Below, in pieces: positions 58,695-64,000 of a stretch of 64,000 bases of DNA (its first letter is position 1; every line of letters begins with the position of its first letter). Source of the DNA: Holosporales bacterium (GTDB taxonomy: Bacteria > Pseudomonadota > Alphaproteobacteria > Holosporales > CAZGKG01); contig JBIKIF010000002.1 in assembly GCA_044361745.1 (NCBI GenBank), positions 23,119 through 87,118 on the forward strand. Direction: 5' to 3'. The notes under the pieces were generated by a model, which saw nothing but the letters and a program-made list of their open reading frames with translations, had not been told where the DNA came from and searched no databases. The translations under genes and the position numbers were made by a program.

Positions 58695-59450
58695 ATGAAA
58701 CGCTCTGACGTGACAAAACTTCCATCCATGCCCCTGTCGAGCCCGAGTTACGGTCTCCCCCCGTTTCAATTTGTGAACCGGGAATACCTGATTATCTCCT
58801 ACGTTTCTGATCCGGAGCTGATTAGGGCTGCAGTTCCGGAGCCTCTCGAGCCCGATGGAAGCAACACCATCCTCTATGAATTTATCAAAATGCCCGATAG
58901 CGACAAAGGCTTTGGAGACTATACGGAAACCGGTGTGGTGATCCCCTGCCTTTACGAGGGCGAGCCTGTAAACTATACCGCCCAGATGTATCTGGACTGT
59001 GATCCACCTATTGTTGGCGGACGGGAAATCTGGGGCTTTCCGAAGAAACTGGGGTGCCCGCACCTCTCGGTTATTCAAGACACCCTGACGGGCACTCTGG
59101 AATATGCGGGCCAGAGTATTGTTCTTGGAACCATGGCGTACAAGCAAGAATGCTTGTCAGACACCGAAGACAAACGAAAGGCCCTGACCCAAAAAATGAG
59201 CAAGACCCAGGTCAACCTTAAGATGATTCCCGGGGTTTCTGGAGGCTACGACGTTTTACAGTTGGTTGCCTACAACCTCCAGAATATCCAACTCAAGGGG
59301 GGGTGGCGTGGCGTGGCACGCTTACACCTGGTCCCCCACGTCAACGCTCCCGTTGCGGATCTTCCTGTCCGTTATGTAGTCGATGGCTTGCATCTCATTG
59401 CAGACCTTGAGCTCCCAAGCGGTCGCATCCTGTTTGATTATTTGAAGTGA
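58695..59450 (+). CDS. adc: Acetoacetate decarboxylase family protein
   Basis: 251 aa with …YEFIKMPDS..GFGDYTE…AQMYLDCDPPIVGGREIWGFPKKLG… as in ADC-family enzymes. Confidence 0.8.
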   Translation: MKRSDVTKLPSMPLSSPSYGLPPFQFVNREYLIISYVSDPELIRAAVPEPLEPDGSNTILYEFIKMPDSDKGFGDYTETGVVIPCLYEGEPVNYTAQMYLDCDPPIVGGREIWGFPKKLGCPHLSVIQDTLTGTLEYAGQSIVLGTMAYKQECLSDTEDKRKALTQKMSKTQVNLKMIPGVSGGYDVLQLVAYNLQNIQLKGGWRGVARLHLVPHVNAPVADLPVRYVVDGLHLIADLELPSGRILFDYLK

Positions 59451-59619
59451 GGGAATCCTTGTGTTTTCCTGACTCCCAGGATGGTATATCACTCCATCTT
59501 ATCGAAATTTTTTCCCTCAGTTTAAGCAATACGGAGCCATTGCAAACAAAACTTCGGCAAATTTTCTCGGCATTCTCTACGGCGCCCCATCGATCTTTTG
59601 CCTCAATGGATGACAAGCC

Positions 59620-60777
59620 CTAGGGGTCTTTACGATAGGTTCGCACCCATTCAAGGCACGCCTCAAGGTCTGGGGAAGGGGTTTGGGACATCCACCAACG
59701 GCGAGCTTCTGACAGCAGATCTCCCAGTTCGGGGCCAGGGGAGAGGCCGAGGTCCAAAAGATGGGATCCTGACAGAGGAAAGCGCCCTTCTTTGTCTAAG
59801 GTTTGGGCTTCCGCCGCCAGTTGATCTGCTCCGTCTTGGGGGCTCAGGGCGTCCTCTGCAATCAGGGCGCCCAAGGTCACAAACAGAGGGGGCGTCCTGG
59901 CAAAGCGGACCCAAGCTTTTGCTTGCGCTCGCGTCAAGCGCAGACGGGCAAGGGTGGGGCACACAGGAAAGAGGGCCCTGAGGCGCTCCAAAGGGGGGGC
60001 TGCCTGACCCCAGGCACTCTCGAGGACTCTGTAAGCGGGATAGCGTTGGGACGGGGCGGGATCTTCTCCAATGAATCCTAGGATACCTGCGTTCTCCATC
60101 CGACTCAGGGTGGGCCAGGGATCCGGCGCATCGAGAAGACGGAAAAGCTCGTGGGTGATCCGCTCAGCTGGGAGCCCCCTCAGGCCCTGCTTGTGCAGAC
60201 GGCAGGCCTCCAGGCCTTGAGGATCGAGGGGGCCGCGACCATAATGAGCGCTAAATCTGAAGAACCTGAGGATCCGGAGATAATCCTCTTGGATACGGGC
60301 TTCTGGATCCCCAATAAACCGCACGTGACCGTTCAGAAGGTCAGAGAGTCCTCCCTGGGGATCATAGAGCTGCCCCTCTCTGTCCAGATAAAGCGCATTG
60401 ATTGTGAGATCCCGTCTCTGGGCATCATGATCCCAGTTCTCTGTGTAGCGGACAATGGCGTGCCGTCCGTCTGTCTCGATGTCCTCTCGCAACGTTGTGA
60501 CTTCATAAACACGCTTGCCTCGGAAGGCGGTGAATGTTCCAAAGGCCACGCCTGTAGGCTTGACAGTGTATCCGTTGTGCTCAAGCAAAGCCATTCCTTC
60601 GGCAGGGAACAAAGGAGTTGCCACATCCAAATCATGCACCGGCCTTCCCAGAAGACTGTCCCTGGGGGCGCTTCCGACAAAACGGGCCTCTGAGCCCGCC
60701 TGCGCAAACAGGTTCAAAAAACTTTGGATATCCGGATGCAAGATCCAGTCAAAAGCCGAAAAACGGGGGACTGTCAT
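59620..60777 (-). CDS. cca: tRNA nucleotidyltransferase (CCA-adding enzyme / poly(A) polymerase family)
   Basis: …RFVGSAPRDSLLGRPVHDLDVAT…EVTTLREDIETDGRHA…RRDLTINALY…RFIGDPEARIQEDYLRILRFFRF…. Confidence 0.8.
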   Translation of the reverse strand: MTVPRFSAFDWILHPDIQSFLNLFAQAGSEARFVGSAPRDSLLGRPVHDLDVATPLFPAEGMALLEHNGYTVKPTGVAFGTFTAFRGKRVYEVTTLREDIETDGRHAIVRYTENWDHDAQRRDLTINALYLDREGQLYDPQGGLSDLLNGHVRFIGDPEARIQEDYLRILRFFRFSAHYGRGPLDPQGLEACRLHKQGLRGLPAERITHELFRLLDAPDPWPTLSRMENAGILGFIGEDPAPSQRYPAYRVLESAWGQAAPPLERLRALFPVCPTLARLRLTRAQAKAWVRFARTPPLFVTLGALIAEDALSPQDGADQLAAEAQTLDKEGRFPLSGSHLLDLGLSPGPELGDLLSEARRWWMSQTPSPDLEACLEWVRTYRKDP

Positions 60778-61175
60778 CTATGGGCACACCTTTTCACGAA
60801 TGTCTGCCCCCCATTGAGGGAAGCCCTGTTGCCAGGGTCCCACACTCTTCCTCCGTTCGTCAAAGTGATTTTTGCCTACGCAGCCTTCATCACCATCGCC
60901 GCCGGACTCTTGTGGATCCAATAGAAATATTCCCGGCGCATTTAAAGGTGAAGTGCAAAAAGGTGATCATTTAAATTTTGATTAAAAGCCTGGACATTGG
61001 AACCCCATTGGGTGGGGGATTGGTCAGCATCAGGTTTTGCACACTGGGTTGTTTACATCGAACTGAGGTTAGGATTAGGGTATGATTAGGGAGGTTATGT
61101 TGAGGAGTGGCTAAAACTGAGCCGGCCTTGCATTTTCCTTGCGGATAAACCTGCGAAAGAGAGCGGTGTTGTTTC

Positions 61176-63911
61176 ATGTCTCCTGCTGATGTCTCCCATC
61201 TTTTGGGCCTCTCCACCCTAAACAAAGATTTTATTGATGGGCTCCTGAAGCGATTTCAGGAAAACCCGAGCGCTGTCCCCGCGGACTGGCATGGGCTTTT
61301 GAGAGATCTGGGGAGTGCGCCTGAGCCGGCCCCGCGTTGGGCTCCGAAAGGGGAGGGGGCACCTCCGGAATCCGCCCCCCGTCAGGCCTCCCCCAAATCG
61401 TCTATACCTTTTCCAGGCGACGTGGCGTTGTCATCCCGGGCTCAGGATCTTTTGACGCTGTACCGAACCTGGGGGCACCGAAAAGCCCGTCTTGATCCCT
61501 TGGGGCTTGTGGAGAGAGAGACGCCTCCAGGGTTATCTTGGCCTGTCCTCACTGCGGAAGAGGCAGGGGCACCCGCCATAGGGGTGTCGGGGTTTGAAGG
61601 GCGTTCTGTGGGGGATTTGCTGGCTCATTTAGAGCGCTGCTATTGCGGCTCTCTGACTTTGGAGTCCGCTGCGATGGAGCCCGGAGAAGCCCAGGATTGG
61701 CTTCGTCACACCTTTGAGGCGTGGCCAGATGGGATCCTTTCTGCAGATGACCGGAAGGAATTGCTCTCAGGGGTTTTGGAGGCGGAGGCGTTTGAGGCCT
61801 TCTTGGGCCTCAAGTTTGTGGGGGCTAAACGTTTTGGGCTGGACGGGGGGGAGGGATTGATTCCCGTTCTGAGGCGCGCCTTTCAAAAAGCCCAAAAGGA
61901 TGGTGTGAAGACTATTATTCTGGGGATGGCCCACCGGGGGCGCCTCAATGTGATGGCCACTGTGATGGGGCTGCCGCTACCTTGGATTTTCCGCCAGTTT
62001 CAGGGCCTCTCCCCCTTTCCAGAGGGAACGCCTGGGTCTGGGGACGTGAAGTATCACCTGGGGGGGCGCAGCAACGGCATCACCCTGCTTCCTAATCCTT
62101 CCCATTTAGAGGTGGTGAATCCCTTGGTGATGGGATACGTCAAGGCCCGTCAAGATGCAGACTTGATTCACGATCCCCGCACCATTTTGGGGGTCTTGAT
62201 TCACGGGGATGCGGCGTTTGTAGGGCAGGGGATTGTGGCGGAATGCCTGACGTTTCAGGATTTGTCTGGGTATACAACCCATGGCACCCTTCACATTATC
62301 ATCAACAACCAGGTGGGTTTTACGGCAAATCCTGAGGACGCGCGCTCCACCGTCTATCCCTCAGACAGTGTCAAAGGGGCAGGGATCCCGGTCTTGCATG
62401 TGAATGGGGATGATTTGGAGGCGGCGGATCAGGCGTTCCAGATCGCTTTGGCGTTTCATGAACGTTTCGGCCGAGATATTGTGATTGATTTCTGGTGTTA
62501 TCGTCGCAACGGCCACAATGAAACGGATGAGCCTACTTTTACCCAGCCTCAGATGTACCGGGCGATCCACGCCCACCCATCCCCGGGCACTCTGTACCAA
62601 GCTTCTTTGGAGCGGCGGGAGCAGTTCCCTAAGGGGGAGATCGCCTCTCTCACAGAGGCCATTCACCGGCGTCTGTCAGACGCCTTTGACCAAACCCCTG
62701 CCTTCACGCCTCCACCTCTGCCCCCCATTCCTTCTTCTAAGGGTCCAGAGACCGGTGTCTCTCTGGAGCGTCTTCAGGAGATTGGAGCCACTTTGACCAC
62801 GTTGCCTCCGGGGTTCCACCTCCATCCGAAGCTGGTTCGCTTTTTAGATGGCCGGCGCGGGATGACCCGTGGCGAGAAGCCTGTGGACTGGAGTTTCGCC
62901 GAAGCCCTGGCTTTTGGGGCGCTTCTAAAGGATGGGAGACCAGTGCGCCTCAGTGGTCAGGATTCCATTCGGGGGACATTCACCAGCCGCCATGGCTTTT
63001 TTTATGATCAAGAAACGGGGGTGCCCTACAATCCGTTTGAGGCCTTGGGGCAGACCCGTGCGGCCCTGCTGAACAGCCCTCTCTCAGAAGTGGCGGTGCT
63101 GGGGTTTGAGTTTGGCTATACCTGGGGAGATCCGGAGACCTTGACTCTTTGGGAAGCCCAGTTTGGGGATTTCGCCAACGGCGCCCAGGTGATGATCGAC
63201 CAATATTTGTCTTCTGCTGAAACCAAATGGGGGGAAACGTCTGGCCTGGTCCTTCTGCTGCCCCACGGTCAGGAAGGGCAGGGGCCTGAGCACTCTTCCG
63301 CTCGCCTAGAGCGGTTCCTGCAATTGTGTGCGGAAGACAATATGCGGGTTGTGAATTGCACGACGCCGGCCAATTATTTTCATATCCTGCGGGCTCAGGC
63401 AAAAACCCCTCTCAAAAAACCTTTGATTGTGATGTCTCCGAAATCGTTGCTGCGTCATCCCAAAGTCGTCAGCCCTCTGGCGGATTTTGTTCCTGGGTCC
63501 TCTTTCCAGCCGGTGATGGGGGAGGCTTCTCCTGTGCCCCCAAAGCCTGGCCGGGTTGTCCTCTGTAGTGGGAAAGTGTTCTACGATCTTCTGGCCCAGC
63601 GGGACGCCCTCAAAGCCCCGGTCCCGATCCTGCGCTTGGAGAGGCTTTACCCCTTTCCAGAGCAGGAACTTCGGTCTTGTTTGGCCCCTTATGGGGGGGC
63701 TCAGGCCTCTCTTGTGTGGGCTCAGGAAGAGGCTTACAATTATGGGGCTTGGTCTTTTGTGCGGGAGCGCTTGGAGGATCTGGTCCCTGAGCTGGGGTTT
63801 CAGGAATTGGTCTATGCAGGGCGCCCGGCAGCGGCAGCGCCTGCCACCGGTTATGGGGCGCGCCATGGGCAAGAGCAGGCTCAATTGATTGCAGACGCTT
63901 TAGGAGTGTAA
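61176..63911 (+). CDS. sucA: 2-oxoglutarate dehydrogenase E1 component
   Basis: 911 aa with …RTWGHRKARLDPLG…, …GMAHRGRLNV…, …HGDAAFVGQG…, …LLLPHGQEGQGPEHSSARLERFLQL…. Confidence 0.95.
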   Translation: MSPADVSHLLGLSTLNKDFIDGLLKRFQENPSAVPADWHGLLRDLGSAPEPAPRWAPKGEGAPPESAPRQASPKSSIPFPGDVALSSRAQDLLTLYRTWGHRKARLDPLGLVERETPPGLSWPVLTAEEAGAPAIGVSGFEGRSVGDLLAHLERCYCGSLTLESAAMEPGEAQDWLRHTFEAWPDGILSADDRKELLSGVLEAEAFEAFLGLKFVGAKRFGLDGGEGLIPVLRRAFQKAQKDGVKTIILGMAHRGRLNVMATVMGLPLPWIFRQFQGLSPFPEGTPGSGDVKYHLGGRSNGITLLPNPSHLEVVNPLVMGYVKARQDADLIHDPRTILGVLIHGDAAFVGQGIVAECLTFQDLSGYTTHGTLHIIINNQVGFTANPEDARSTVYPSDSVKGAGIPVLHVNGDDLEAADQAFQIALAFHERFGRDIVIDFWCYRRNGHNETDEPTFTQPQMYRAIHAHPSPGTLYQASLERREQFPKGEIASLTEAIHRRLSDAFDQTPAFTPPPLPPIPSSKGPETGVSLERLQEIGATLTTLPPGFHLHPKLVRFLDGRRGMTRGEKPVDWSFAEALAFGALLKDGRPVRLSGQDSIRGTFTSRHGFFYDQETGVPYNPFEALGQTRAALLNSPLSEVAVLGFEFGYTWGDPETLTLWEAQFGDFANGAQVMIDQYLSSAETKWGETSGLVLLLPHGQEGQGPEHSSARLERFLQLCAEDNMRVVNCTTPANYFHILRAQAKTPLKKPLIVMSPKSLLRHPKVVSPLADFVPGSSFQPVMGEASPVPPKPGRVVLCSGKVFYDLLAQRDALKAPVPILRLERLYPFPEQELRSCLAPYGGAQASLVWAQEEAYNYGAWSFVRERLEDLVPELGFQELVYAGRPAAAAPATGYGARHGQEQAQLIADALGV

Positions 63912-63917
63912 GAATTC

Positions 63918-64000
63918 ATGACAGGGAACGAGACACACATTCTAGTGCCACCCATGGGCGAGTCTATCACAGAGGCTACCTTGGCCCGTTGGCTAAAGCC
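63918..64000 (+). CDS. sucB: Dihydrolipoamide succinyltransferase E2 (5' fragment; continues beyond the window)
   Basis: MTGNETHILVPPMGESITEATLARWLK is the start of a lipoyl domain. It begins 6 nt after the sucA stop. Confidence 0.8.
   Translation, partial: MTGNETHILVPPMGESITEATLARWLK

Noticed and set aside
61067-61091. Two GATTAGGG motifs (TTAGGG telomere-like) 11 nt apart, upstream of sucA.
   Set aside because: Only two short copies in an ordinary promoter region, which is compatible with chance.

Overview
This 64-kb window is a chromosomal segment that looks alphaproteobacterial. That call is an inference from the alpha-type L36, the flgB-flgC-fliE order, the tatD-MBL and yfgM-bamB-der neighbourhoods, an Atm1-like ABC exporter, and the ctaC/ctaD and sucAB genes.

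I can support about 55 protein genes. Most are housekeeping: gatA/gatB, rpoB/rpoC, rsmB, bamB, der, serC, folD, comF, plsY, tatD, rpoZ, rpmJ, rplY, tilS, zapE, rlpA, ffh, smpB, hscB/hscA, rplQ, xseA, ctaD/ctaC, murG, rapZ, yidD, cca, sucA/sucB.

I found no rRNA, tRNA, CRISPR array, transposase or integrase. Classical operons are broken up, and the lineage-specific genes sit behind strongly A+T-rich spacers. That pattern suggests a rearranged, possibly host-associated genome, but this is inference.

Main second-look items:
1. An unnamed 120-180-nt palindromic dispersed repeat. There are 4 clear and 2 degenerate copies. Five of the six sit in convergent gene junctions, and two run into CDS 3' ends.
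2. A dinJ-yafQ toxin-antitoxin pair inserted co-directionally between cytochrome oxidase genes ctaC and ctaD, with its own palindromic operator.
3. A PARG-like (GGG-X7-QEE) macrodomain protein with a signal-like N-terminus and a basic NLS-like patch.
4. A fragmentary flagellar gene set (flgB-flgC-fliE, fliO-fliP), a distant FliD-like ORF, and an XRE regulator whose S24 peptidase domain has lost both catalytic residues.
5. A lid-less HscA encoded after smpB-hscB, with no other isc genes nearby.
6. Several small or repetitive secreted proteins of unknown function.

All calls come from reading the sequence and the ORF track by eye. No searches were run.
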